Part shown: positions 12,839-25,439 of the stretch, piece by piece
Layout of the letters: each line of letters starts with the position of its first letter
Position numbering within the stretch: the stretch's first letter is position 1
Assembly: GCF_006345805.1 (NCBI RefSeq)
Contig: NC_042998.1
Span: forward strand, 152,148,001-152,212,000
DNA: 64,000 bases
DNA from: Octopus sinensis
Taxonomy: Eukaryota
Direction: 5' to 3'
The notes under the pieces: generated by a model
What the model saw: the letters and a program-made list of their open reading frames with translations, nothing else
Databases searched by the model: none
What the model was told of the DNA's origin: nothing
Position numbers and translations under genes: made by a program

Positions 12839-13489
12839 GAAATAGTGTACTGGTTAATACTTGCAGTAATATAAACAGCAATCATTAATAATAACTCCGT
12901 CTTGATCTCGGAAGTAAACCCTAACAGATTAAGTTTCTTGTCCAGTAACTCCAAAATTAAAAATTCCATTTACCAGTGTAGAATTTCTACCGGTACCGAT
13001 GTCTTCTTCTATATTGGTGCAACAACTTCCAGATTATCCCAGAGAATTTCCAATCATTATTCAACATTCCGAGATAAGAGAAAACAACAAAGTACAGGAC
13101 TAAGTAAATTAGTTTGGCGTCTTAAGGACAAAAATATACGCTCAATCAAACACACAGACACAAATTTCTCACCTCACCGCTATATTTATTTGACAATTGT
13201 CCCCAACACACACATAATTACACATACACATATACATAGACATAAATGCAGTTATATACACACACTCATACACACACATAAGCAATCAAACTCATTAACC
13301 AGAGCAAACACCTCCGTATCCACATACATACAGCATGCATACTGTCCCCTTCTTATTTTCATAACTTCCTCTTTCCAACATATTTTGACGTCATTGCTTA
13401 TAACGGTTTTTTAAAAAACACTCATTATCACTGTGAATACCATGCAGGAAGCCATAAAAAGTTTTTGTCCGTCTTGAGGCTGATAGAGG

Positions 13490-13588
13490 TTCCTTGTCTT
13501 TCCTGATGAGAAGACGGCATAATGCACCCTTTATTCCTTCGGAATTAAGAATATGCAGTCTTCGAAACATGTGTTGAAAGTAAAGGAA
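13490..13588 (+). ncRNA. Type I hammerhead ribozyme with a long stem II insert
   Basis: Stem I ctttc/gaaag, extended by ttcctt/aaggaa. Core CTGATGA at 13503-13509. Stem II gaagac/gtcttc. GAAA at 13564-13567. Short stem III containing the palindrome ACATGT. Predicted GUU cleavage after 13575. Confidence 0.8.
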
Positions 13589-13617
13589 TTTGTTAAAAGC
13601 TTCGTTCGACTCCATTC

Positions 13618-13676
<59 letters not shown>

Positions 13677-13724
13677 CATACATACATACATATATATATA
13701 TATATACATGCATATACATATACA

Positions 13725-13811
<87 letters not shown>

Positions 13812-14327
13812 ATTTCGGAATGGTCATTTTGCCAGTTTAGCCAATAAAAACATACGCACTATATATTTGGTGTTACTTTGCTTCAGTGTTATTTATTTTT
13901 TACATTAAACTTAATCTTATTTCAGCCAAAGTTCTTTTGCCACACTCCTGTGACCGCATCAGTGGTTCTTTGCTTTCTTCTGTCTTATTTGTGTCTCTCC
14001 TTACTAACCGTCAACCATTTTGTATTTCTATTGTATATGTCTTCATTTGCGTATGCGTATATGTGCGTCTATGTTTAGTTAGTGTGTGTGGGGGGAAGAA
14101 TGCCTGTAATATTTGTATCTTCTGTTTATATACGTTCGTGTAATTTGTTTTTGTTTTTGTTTATTCTTATTTTGCTTATGTGTTTACATCCACTTATTAT
14201 TATTATTATCATTATTATTACGTATGTTTGTATGTATGTATGTATGTATGTATGTATGTATGTATGTATGTATAACAACAATACTAGTAATAATAATAAT
14301 AATAATAATGATAACAACAACAACAAC

Positions 14328-14390
<63 letters not shown>

Positions 14391-14439
14391 GTAAATTTTT
14401 AAAAAGTAAAAATTTTTTAAAAATTAAATTTAAAAAAAA

Positions 14440-15980
14440 CCTATATAGTTATTTAAAGTTAATCCAAACATGAAAACACAAAGAGAAAACACAACAACGC
14501 GAGGACGTGGAACAAATATAGTATTATTGGACGCTCAGGAAGGAAGGGAAGAAGGAGGGTTTAATGTTTCGGGCGGAGCTCTTCGTCGGAAACATAGGAG
14601 AAGGAAATATCCAGAGAAGGGAAGACAGAGGAAAAAGAATTGCCAACGGTACACACGCGGCCACATTTTGAATGACCGAAAGGAAATGGGTAAAGAAAAG
14701 TTCTTTCAAAGACAGGAGAGTGCAGGAGGAGGTATGTGTGTGTAAGTGTGGATATGTGCGTGCGCGAAGGCGTGTGCGTGTGTGTATATGTGTGTATGTG
14801 TGCAATGATAACACGTGTGTGTGTGCGTCTGTGTGTGTAAGTGTGTGTGGTTGTGGCTGTTAATCTTTGCGTGTTGTAGGGCTTAGTATTGTTTAAGGTC
14901 AAGGAAGAAGGAATTGGGAGTGACTCTTTTTGTCTCTACCCAAGTCAGTAGTAGGCACTGCTAGTTTGAAGTATGTGTGTGTGCGTGTATGTATATGTAT
15001 CATGTGTGTGTTTTGTTTGTAGTGTGTGTGTGTATGTATGTGTGTGTTCGTGTGTGTATGCGTAGAGTTTGGGTGTGTGGCGAATAACTGTGCTTTACTT
15101 AGTGTATGTGTGCGTGTGTGCTTGTACGTGCGTATGTGTGTACACATGTATGTATAATTGTGTGCGTGTATGTATAATTATGTGCCGAGTGTATGGGATG
15201 TATGTGTGGGTTCATTTGTGTGTGTGTGTATGTGCGTGTAGTTGTGTGTGCGTGTACGTGTGCGTTTGTATGTGTGTGTAAGCGTATATGGGTGTATATA
15301 CGTGTATCCGTGGGGTTGTGAGTGTTAGGTGTGTGCATTCGTGTGCGTGTGTGCGTGCGTATGTGTGCGCATGGTTTTGTGTGCGTGTGTGTGTGTGTGT
15401 GTGTGTTTGTGTCTATATGTGTATACGTATGTGTATATGTGTGTGCGCGTGTAGGCATATATTGTGTGTATGTATATGTATCGGTGTGTATGTGAATTTG
15501 TGTATGCGTGTGTGTGGGGTTTTTTTGGGAGTTGTGTGGGCGTAATGTGCGTGCGTGTGCTTGTGTGCGTGTGCTTGTGTGCGTGTGTGCGCTTACGTGC
15601 GTGTGTGCGCTTACGTGCGTGTTACGTGCGTATATAGTTATTTACTTCCATTTGTTTATTTATCAGTGTATCTTATTTTATTTTATTATGTTTTCAGTTT
15701 TGTTTATATTGTAACCAGTTTATGGGGATCCTCTTCTGTCATATGTTGTGGTGTGTGCTAGTGTTCCATTCCAGTTTCCTATTCAGGCTAGGTTTATCTT
15801 CTATTATGTGTGTAGCTTCCGTAACTTGTCTGATTGTTGCGTCTGTTCTATGTGTGGACAAGATTTTAACTTCTATGTTGTTGATTGATCCCCCGTGTTC
15901 CTGCTGGGCGTGTTGTTATAGAATCGATGAAGTCTTTCCTTCTTTAAGTTCTCTCCAATGTTCATTAAATGTTCATTAAA
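14440..15980 (-). mobile_element. PLE 3' fragment: GIY-YIG C-terminus, microsatellite-rich 3' UTR and HHR
   Basis: Minus strand 15750-15980 reads FNEHWRELKEGKTSSIL*QHAQQEH...KILS...RQVTEATHIIEDKPSLNRKLEW. Confidence 0.75.
14559..14593 (-). ncRNA. Degenerate minimal hammerhead with variant core CCGACGA
   Basis: Reverse complement: gttt-CCGACGA-agagctccgccc-GAAA-ca-TT-aaac. Stem II is imperfect. It lies at the 3' end of the PLE fragment. Confidence 0.5.
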
Positions 15981-15984
15981 TGTG

Positions 15985-16170
15985 TGTCTTTGTGTCGGTG
16001 TTTGTCCCCACCACCACCACCGTAACGTAGTGGTGCGGCAAAAGAGACCGATAGAATAAGTACAAGGTTTTGTTTTAAAAAAAGATAGTCTTGGGATCGA
16101 TTAGTAGACAAAAACTCTTCAAAGTGGTGGCCAGCATGTCTGAAGTTAAATGACTAAAACAAGTAAAAAA
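15985..16170 (+). mobile_element. SINE-like family A copy (others at ~22920-23090 minus, 31650-31870, 37105-37320, 52595-52745 minus)
   Basis: Shared core cggcaaaagagaccgatagaataagtac...gtcgatt...cagcatg...aaatgactgaaacaagtaaa recurs through the window. Confidence 0.8.
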
Positions 16171-16488
16171 AAGATATATATAGTGTGTGTATATGTGTGA
16201 GAGAGAGGGGGGGAAATCAGTTTATATAGCTACATCATATTTAGCTGGCTCGTCTATAAGTACATAGCTACGTATGAGCGATTAGACCCAGTTTTCCAAA
16301 ATGTAATCAAGCATGGAAAACACTAAACAAAAAAAAAAAGAAAACGAAAAGAAAAAAGAAAAATGTAGAAGACATCGATCGAAGATATTTTTACTTTCAC
16401 CTACTTTTGATATTGACTGATTGATCCTTCATTTCCTTCTTTACTTTTTCTGTTAGCAATTTTAATAAATGTCGCGCGCGCGTGTATG

Positions 16489-16701
16489 TGTGTATGTGTG
16501 TGTGTGGGGGGGTGTAGATATGTATACACAGACGTGTGTATCACTAAATGAATAAACGAGTCGGGCACACCTACGCCTACCCTGATCTCCCACACCATTC
16601 ATTTATGTGCAAAGCACCAAAATGCACCTGAGAAACATCAAATACTAAAGACTCCAAAGAAATTGCTCCTATCAAACTATGTCTCTTCTTATGAACAACT
16701 T
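16489..16701. repeat. ~213-bp near-identical direct repeat, second copy at 19349-19562
   Basis: gtagatatgtatacacagacgtgtgtatca...ttatgaacaactt occurs at both sites with only a few substitutions. Confidence 0.95.
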
Positions 16702-17659
16702 CAGAGAATGCTGGAAACATTACACACGTACACGCACACGCACACATGCGTGTGTGCACAGAAAAGATAAACGTTGAAGGGGTCATATACAAGACGTTCA
16801 CCCCGTTTACAACACACGAAAAAGACGTAGAAAAGAAAGCAAACGATGAATAAACTCAGGGTACACACATTGACCCCAGTTCAGCCCAAAGCAAAGAACA
16901 ACATGATGGAACTTAATAATATAATATTTGTCAATATTATTTTATTAGTTTCATCATGGATTATTAAAACGTGCTAAGTGCATAAAACGATCCAAGAAGT
17001 ATTATCACGGGAAATACAAGAGGTACATTTGATTGCCTGAGGAAATTCGTCAAAGTCTTTGCCACTAAAAGCAGAACCACCCCAAATAACAGATATATTT
17101 ATAAATACTTCTTAAGTTGCTTGGTTGCATTATTAAACAGACACATTTACAACAATAGAAAACACAATAATAGTGTTTTGTGATATTATAAATGATTCTG
17201 TTTAATAGTCGTTGATGCTGTTGTTATTTTTGTCATTATGAATAGATAGAAAAAGAATCCGTGTGTTCTTAAGACAGTGTTTTAATATCATTATAAAGCA
17301 TTATAACTTTGACTCTCTGTCCTGACATACAGACCAACTCCAGATAGTCTTGTTGGCCCCATGCTGTAAGAAACCATATGAGATTTATTATTCTCTCTGA
17401 CAACGTAGCATAAATACAGAAGAACGTAACAGAAAAACTTCCTAAATTTTACATGGCCATTGATATGATGCAAGGAAAGTTAGGGAGGGGTAACAGTGTC
17501 TATATGTAGCTAATGGTTCATCGTTTTTATTGTCTTTGGGACATTGAACAAGAGTTTAAGAAGTGCACAAGGAAGAACTAAAGGCTATTTTAAGCGCTCG
17601 ACATTTGCTGCTATATATTTATATTTGTATCGAAATCTTGCCTGTTTGGATTTTAAAAA

Positions 17660-17960
17660 GAAATAAGGATTGCCTCCCAGCCTGAGGAGCCTCTACAAGG
17701 TGTTTCTCTTAAGACTGCAAATTTAAGGTTTTAGTTCAGAGCATATCCGACTGCCATACCGAATTTTACAAACATCTTTAGGAAAAGGACAGCATTTTTG
17801 TTTTGCCGGTAGATCCTGCAATAATCTTCACACCTCTTGTGTGGTAATTATGTCTGGTAACATAATTTATTGTGAACACGTCGAAAAAATGTAATCTGGT
17901 CAACTGAGGTCAAACATTCCAGATAATTACATCAGCGCACGTCATATACCCAGGCCTATT
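17660..17960 (-). mobile_element. CR1/L2-like LINE 3' remnant
   Basis: Minus strand HNYHTRG...LSFS...LNLQS*EKHL resembles the H.YNTR...SF...LK.HL tail of CR1/L2 ORF2. Confidence 0.45.
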
Positions 17961-18174
17961 CCCCATTTTTTTCATAGGAGGAGGTAGTCACAGCAAGACA
18001 CGCACCAGGCATTCCATTCATTTCCCAGCTCAAAGGGGCGAGCCCCGTTCTATGCTCGGGTCAAGGCATAGAACGCAACCCTGAATATCAGCAGTGGCGC
18101 CCGGCAGCATATGCTGGTTTACCCCCGCCGTATCATGTTGGTTTCGTACCCTTTTGAGCAACATTAAAATTCAC

Positions 18175-18690
18175 TCATCCGTCCACAAATACTCTCTAAG
18201 CTTTCCTATCATTTATAAACTATCTTGGCTCTCTCACTCCAACACTTTTAACTACTAAAGCTTTCCTCACTCCATCCATCCACACAAACCGAGGTCTGCC
18301 TACCACTTCAGACTTCATCACCCTCCTTACCATCCGCTCCCCATCCACCCTCTCAATGTGGCTAAACCATCTCAACATTCGTCTATCCAATTTAGTTAGC
18401 TTCTCTTTCATTCCTGCTCGTCTTCGCACCTTCTAATTTCCCATCCTGTCCATCCGTGTCACATCAACCATAGCCCTCAGACATCTCATCTCAAAATATC
18501 TAGTCGTCTCCTTTTCACCTTTCTCAGCACCCACGTCTCTGCACTATATAACATTGTCAGCACAATCACGCCCTTATACACACCTCTGTCGCTTTCATAC
18601 TCAACCATATTTCTCTCAGCATACCTTTCACAACTCCAAGAATCATACTCCTCTCCCTCACTCTGAAGGTTAATCAAGACACACAAATAG
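18175..18690 (-). mobile_element. RTE-type LINE 3' fragment
   Basis: VIVLTMLYSAETWVL and LRWFSHIERVDGERMVRRV...GRPRFVWMDGVRKAL. Confidence 0.85.
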
Positions 18691-20240
18691 AAAATGTCAA
18701 GATTGTACAAAGTTCGTCCTTCAAATTGTATCTTTAATTTACTTCTTTCTATATTCATCAAACATGTCTTTGTAATGAATATATAACACTGTCTGACTAG
18801 AATATAGTGTTTCTATGTTCGTAAGAGTTCAATAATTGTGGTAACTTTTTTTCTTAATGGAAGGATACAATAATTCAGTTTTGGAAAATGCTCGAGAGAA
18901 AAACAAAGTACAGGACTCTCATTTTATGATAACATTGTATCTAGAACGATGTCGGACGCTTCGGTGTTAGTGAATAAGATTGTAGCAGTCAATAAACTGA
19001 AGGCAGGTTTTTTTTAGATTTTACTAGTTTTAAACCACCAACAGCCTTTTGAGGAATAAAAAAAATGATACTTTTTATTAAGAGAATTAATTTATCAGAA
19101 AACGTGAGACCTGTTTCTGGTCATAAACTAGCAATCCAAATAATGTTTTTTTTAAATTCGCTTTTAGAAAAATATATATGAAAACATTTGTAGAAAGTGT
19201 TAATGTAAGAGGTAACATAAATGGTTCAAAAATCTGCCATGATCTTCGATAGAATTTTCACAAACTATAATCTCATCTAAATAAAAGGAAATAAATTGTT
19301 TCATCACTAATTGAAAAAATATTGATATGTCTGTAATATCAAAATAGATGTGTATGTGTGTGTGTGTGGGGGGGGTAGATATGTATACACAGACGTGTGT
19401 ATCAGTAAATGAATAAACGAGTCGGGCACACCTACGCCTACCCTGATCTCCCACACCATTCATTTATGTGCAAAGCACCAAAATGCACATGAGAAACCTC
19501 AAATACTAAAGACTCCAAAGAAATTGCTCCTATCAAACTATGTCTCTTCTTATGAACAACTTTTACAATTGCCCCAAGGTTTAAGCCAACTAAAAACAAT
19601 CTTTAACCGCCAGTGGTAGTTGATAATAAGTGTATTTCATATTGATCTTGCTACAATGTTGAGATATAATCTTGATCAACTTATCATTGATTGACGGTGG
19701 GAAAGTACAAGAAAGAGTCTAAATTGTTGGGAAATCAATGACAGGGCTTCGTTCATAATTTTCCTATCTTGTTACTGTAAACCTGACCATTCCATGATGA
19801 GTTACTCAATTCTATTTTACTTTCTGGGATTAGTTTTACAATCGTCCACCGAGTATCTTCGAATAGATGTAGCTTTACATTTAGAGTTAAATTACTGAAA
19901 TGAGCAACAGGTTGAACCATTAGGCAAGCAAAATTTAACAACACTAGAAAGGTTTCAAGGTCATTAAATTTAAATTCTTGTGAAGAATATCGAGACGTGC
20001 AAGTCTGTCAGAGACTCTGTATAACCAACAGTGAAAGATGTCTGTACAACTGTATAATATATCTAATATAAGCATCACATATTCTCGTAATTCAAGATTT
20101 AAGCTTGTAAACGCCATCATAAAGTTGACCCAGAATGGCTAAGCCATTGAGTTTGGCAATATCGGTTCGGATAGCTATGAGAGCTTCCATTATTAAGTGA
20201 ACCTTATATTAATCACAGTAATAGTTGTAGGAAACAAAGA

Positions 20241-20311
<71 letters not shown>

Positions 20312-20930
20312 ATGCATAGTTATCTGATTTTGTCAAGATAACTGGTCTTTTATTTTCTCTCTCTCAATGGTGACATCTCTTTGCTGCTATGTCTATAAAT
20401 ATCTACGCGAAACACCTCCAAGAAACAGTTGCTGAAATAGTTCCCTGTTTGATATCCTATGTCCTAACACTCGTACTTCTATTTACCAAAGACATACTGC
20501 TTAAAAACCTAATAATTCTTTTCAGATAAATCCAATACTCTGTCCTGCAATATTAGGTTCCCAAGCCTATTGCTTTACTTTCGAGTCGTCTGAAATTATT
20601 TCAGAATTAAAGTTTTCATAATCGAATTTCTTGAGCATTGTTGATGGGGAACTTTTTGAAGTTGCATTGTTTAACCAGAAGTCTTCAGTTTGAAAGTAAC
20701 TAATCCAAGAATCCTCTTGGCTGTTGCTTGCCGCTGGTAATATATAGATAACCCTTAGTTTATCGCCATCGAAGTTTGTGAGAGTATGTAGCTTGTTGGG
20801 GTCAGGAGTACAGGCAACACGATTTATAATGGTATATAACCAATGTTTGACTTCCAAAGAATTAAACACCAATTGAAAAGAATTGTGTTGAGTCGACATA
20901 GAACTTTGTCCCTATTTAATTCGTGGAATA
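18690..20930 (-). mobile_element. Heavily decayed Ty3/gypsy element (gag, protease, RT, RNase H)
   Basis: Collinear minus-strand remnants: gag-like HWLYTIINR...NKLHTLTNF; RT IELSNSSWNGQV, IDF...INMKYTYYQLPL and FFQLVM...FYLDEIIV...IEDH; RNase H TEASDIVLDTMLS and FSRAFSKTELLY...KHYI. Confidence 0.75.
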
Positions 20931-22332
20931 AACTAATTAGAAAAATTAATAGTTCTTAAAACTGTATTGCGAGATTTTATTTAGCGAATGGTGTTCCAGT
21001 TCAATACGTAAAGGAGAGAACTTGCACTTTCCATGAGAAATTGTTGAAGGAAAATAGAATCATGACATACTTAACTAATGCACCATACACACTGCATACT
21101 ACAGCATATACACTAATACCCATACTATACACATTACATTTATAAAATATATGATACACACACACGCATGCGCGCGCACACACACACACACACACACACA
21201 TATTACACTATAAACACGATTTAATTCCCACTACATACCACACCACACAATGTACAGTCTATACTATAACACCTATACAACACATCTCCTCTACTTCATC
21301 TTTAGTATGTCATCAACAATACCCAGTACATACATTATGCTAAACCACGCACACCACGCCTACACCGACGATTAATAGCAGAACATACCACAATAACTTC
21401 AGAGAACGAAACAGCTTCAAAGACTTGTTAAATCTGTAAAGATTTTTCTTGCTTCCGTCGTTGTATTCAATTTTTCGTTGATATTCAACGCACGTGGGAT
21501 CATATCATGCACAGCACCTGCGTACAATATGAAAAGAATAACTAGGAATGACTACGTTTATGTACGAACGTATATCTGTATGTGGCATGTTAGAATATGT
21601 TTGTGCGTGTGTTTGTATGTGTATGTGTGTGTAAGTGTGTGTGAGCATGCGTATATATTAGTAAATTAATGTAGTCGGTTATGTATTTTTATGCACATAT
21701 GTGGACGTATTTATACATATACATCAAACACACACACATACACATGAATGCATATTAATGTCATGTAGGAGCCTTAAAATATACACTTTCTACACTGACC
21801 TAAATCTTTTGTCACCACATAAATAAATTGACCCTTTGTTCTAGTGACAATCTGTTCTTTTACATCTCCTGAATTTTCCTCTTCTTTTCTTCAACTAACT
21901 TGAATTTTTGACCTACCCTTACCCCCATCCTTACAACTAAGGGAATTTTCTTACAACAGTCAGTTGTGAACAAAGATTTGGTCAGTTTGCATCCAAACTA
22001 CACTACCTCATGTTCCTAAGATTCATATCTACATCTTTATCTGTATATTTACCTTCCCTAAGATGTTATTAATTGATCCGAGAACTTTATATTATTGGAA
22101 AACCTATATAAAATTAGCTGAAGATTACTCGGCATCTTAAATCTGCTGTAATATTTACAGCTTTTAATAAAATGTTGTAGTATGAAACAATTGTACTAAA
22201 TTACCGGATTCATTCTTGTTGCTTATTTTTGATTATAATCACCCCGCATATTTTTATGGGTAACACCATAAAAAATTCTGGTGCATCTAAATTAAGTGCC
22301 ATATTCATTTGAATCTAAATTGTTGCTGAACT

Positions 22333-22464
<132 letters not shown>

Positions 22465-22599
22465 TATATAGTAAAAGAGAGAGAGAGAGAGATACATACA
22501 TATACGTATGTGTGTACTAGCAGAATACCTGGTATAGTTCAGGATACAGGAAACGTCTAGCACACCTGTTCTTTGATGTACCATAACTTGTTATTTATG

Positions 22600-22890
22600 A
22601 ATCAAATCAAACTTATGCTGGGAATGACGGTGATTTTATTAAGTCTTCAACAAAGTAAAGCAGTAGAAACATCATTGGGAAGAGGAAGAAGTAAACAAAT
22701 TTTGTGTTAGATTTGCTCTTGTTCTTTAAAAGTTGGCATGATATCCCCTTTACTGATTTTTACTGCATAGGAAGTTATCTGTAAAAGATATATTTTTCTG
22801 TAGTTTTTTATGAAATGCATGGATTCCTCAGTTGCGGAATTAAGAAGCTGTTTTCGAAGCTCTGGTGCCTCAGTCAATTAACTTTTCCAT
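22600..22890 (-). mobile_element. Helitron Rep N-terminal remnant
   Basis: PELRKQLL...SMHFIKNYR...LQITSY...GDIMPTFKEQEQI*HKICLLLPLP resembles the Helitron HF..NIR.YN..FQMTSF...FMPTFK.QGQVYH.IGSLLP block. Confidence 0.55.
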
Positions 22891-23089
22891 CAGAACAGCA
22901 CATGGCACTTGTTCTTTTATTCTTTTATTCGTTTCACTGCAGCCATGCAGGAGCACCGCCTTAAAGGGTTCCAGTTGAAGAAATTGACCCCAGGGCCTAT
23001 TATTTGTAAGCTTAGTACTTGTTCTATCAGTCTCTTTTGCTGACCCACTAAGTTACGGGTACATAAACACACCAGCATCGGATGTCAAG

Positions 23090-23176
<87 letters not shown>

Positions 23177-24855
23177 ATACATAAGGCCTGTGCTTTTGTT
23201 TCCACCTTCTTTGCATTTGTTTTTATTTCTCGATCAAGTATTTGTCACAGAATTTTGTACATCATTCTAGTTCTGACTATTTGTCAGAAGTAAAATCATG
23301 TCCAAGCTGAAGGCTCCTCTTTTCCAATCCCATGTACGAATGGTCAGAATAGAGCTTCTGCTTGTCTTGCTCTTTGAGCTTTCTGCTGTTGTGGTATTTT
23401 ATGGTTTCTATATACAACCTGTTGACAGCACTCTGTTTATGGCTTGTATCAGGCTCACTATCAATCTCAAGTTTCTTGCGAGCTGCATTCCAAGAAACTT
23501 GAGGTATTTGTCGATGCTATTTATCTGTTTCTGCTGTTGTGAAAGCACACTTGAGTATGGTAGTAGAAGACTTTGTAGGTAGGGCACATTTTTTCTGTGG
23601 CATTATTGATGGAAACAAATTATTTAAAAAGCTATTGTAAGCAAGTGTCCTTTCCTGTTATATCAGGTAAAAAATAGCCTTTAATGGAAAAGAAATGAAC
23701 AATAAAAAAGTTACACGAGCGCTGTTGTAGAATGAAATTGTTAGTATCTGATGCAGACCTGTGGCTATAAAGTTGAAGAGAGATTGGGAAAATGTGATTT
23801 CAAGAAATGTAAGGCGTAATATGATTCGAGTTGCAGAACGTATGGAAATGTAAAGAAATAAAGAAGACAGCATTTTGTGACCGATTTTTTTATAATTTTT
23901 CGATAAAATAACTTTTGATGTGAGGCCTCAGAGTATATATTGAGAGAGAAAGGGAGAAATGATGAAAGTAAAGCCGCTGGAGAGAGAAAGCAGGAGAGAT
24001 AGATAACATCCAACCAAGAGTGTACGTTTCCCCTTCATCCACTTATTTTTATTGTGTGTCTCTTTTCTTCTCGTTCCTTTATTTCATTTTTTCCTGCTGC
24101 TCAGACTCTGGCAATTTTTTTATGAGTTATTAGTATTGAGAGAGTAAGAGAGGGGGAAGATAGAAAAACAGAGTGAGTAAGAGAGAGAATGTATGATTAA
24201 AGAAAGAGAATGAGAAATGGAAGAAGTAATATATAGACAGTTTGTAGGGAGGCAGCAGTGAAAGATAAACGATTGTTACATAAAAATTAGAGGGGAAGGA
24301 GAATCGTGCGTACACACACATACAAACTCTTAAATTAATAATTACACACACACATAGAGGTTCATACATAAACATTCCCAGATCGTTGTTATTATTCGGT
24401 GCGTGTTGTTATTATTCGTATTAGCGACTGCGTGATTCAAGTCGACAATGGGAGCTCAAATCGTTTTCAGTAAAATTCCAACTGACCAATAGAATCAACT
24501 GGGAAAGGATTTGTCATGAGTATACATGCATATATATATATATATATCAAATTAGATATACCACAGAAAAAGCTTCTAATTATTTCGTGCTATTATGATA
24601 CTTCAACAGGCAATTTTTCAGGTTTTGTTTATGCTTTATATATAATTTTTAAAAATCAAGGACGCTGGTCAGTAAGAAAATAAGAAAACGTGGAGAAAAA
24701 AACGTGAAGAAGGTTCGTACAAAATATGGAGCGAGAAAAAGGAAATGAAATCAAGAAATATGATCCTCGCCCTCCCTGATTGCAGAAAGCTCATTAAGTA
24801 CAACTTGTTTAGAACACAATAACAGAAAATATGTGAAAGTTTGCAAGGCTCAATC

Positions 24856-25357
24856 CTGAGCGGGTGGTGCCTTCCAGTTCGATAAAAAAAACTTGTCCAT
24901 GTGTCTGCACCTGCAAAAATATTTAAGATCTCAAATTAAGCAGTGTGTTGGAATTGCTGGATCGAAGATGAATATGAGATCTTTCTGCTACGCATAAGCA
25001 GCATTTCTTAGATTCATTAACTTATATCTTGGATTTCTCCACTATTCTCCACTTAACTGTATGTAGTGTGGAGCTGCTCATCAAATCCCAAACGCCTGTT
25101 AAGAACTATCTTGCATTTATGATTTATTGGAAAATGTTTAGGCGCAGGAGTGACTGTGTGGTAAGTAGCTTGCTTACTAACCACATGGTTCCGGGTTCAG
25201 TCCCACTGAGCAGGTGGTGCCTTCCTGTTCGATAAAAAAAAACTTGTCCATATGTCTGCACCTGCAAAAATATTTAAGATCCCGAATTAAGCAGTGTGTT
25301 GGAATTGCTGGATCGAAGATGAATATGAGATCTTTCTGCTACGCATAAGCAGCATTT
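24856..25357. repeat. ~151-bp direct duplication (24856-25006 and 25206-25357); copy 2 interrupts a SINE
   Basis: Near-identical sequence ggtggtgccttcc...acgcataagcagcattt at both sites. Confidence 0.95.
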
Positions 25358-25425
25358 TTCCCAACTTTACATTCTGAGTGGCACCTTGGGCAAGTGTCTT
25401 CTACTATTACCTCGAGCCTGACGAA
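25141..25425 (+). mobile_element. tRNA-derived SINE family B (others at ~28960-29085, 35701-35860, partial 28520-28580)
   Basis: Pol III A/B-box-like head gtggctgtgtggtaag...ggttccgggttcagtccc, followed by the shared body ggcaccttgggcaagtgtcttctactat. Confidence 0.8.
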
Positions 25426-25439
25426 AAATACTCCTCCAG

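Larger units (their letters stand above)
10709..13620. mobile_element. Penelope-like element with inverted structure: minus-strand 3' end joined to a 5'-truncated plus-strand copy
   Basis: Plus-strand RT C-terminus FLDITLNL...PYNKP...SNHAK...LSKAGY and YIWFVIPF...HNNKLL (11875-12888). GIY-YIG IYQCRI...YIGATT...RISNH occurs on minus (11388-11813) and on plus (12902-13137, truncated). The 3' UTRs at 10709-11162 and 13138-13598 are inverted copies. Confidence 0.9.

Noticed and set aside
17300-17430. Possible 66-nt minus-strand exon (pyrimidine-rich acceptor, gtatgt donor; RIINLIWFLTAWGQQDYLELV)
   Set aside because: No recognisable protein and no supporting neighbouring exons. Such signals arise by chance. 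RNA-seq would be needed.
20567-20899. ORF with KLRVIY...FDYENFNSE resembling totivirus RdRp motifs (possible endogenous virus)
   Set aside because: Motif spacing is short, no later RdRp motifs follow, and the ORF lies collinear upstream of gypsy protease, RT and RNase H remnants. It is better explained as gag.
23290-23950. Possible LINE remnant
   Set aside because: Translations give only vague similarity, so neither strand nor family could be supported.
25141-25205. tRNA-like sequence
   Set aside because: It is a SINE head with A/B boxes. There is no full cloverleaf and it continues into a repeated body.
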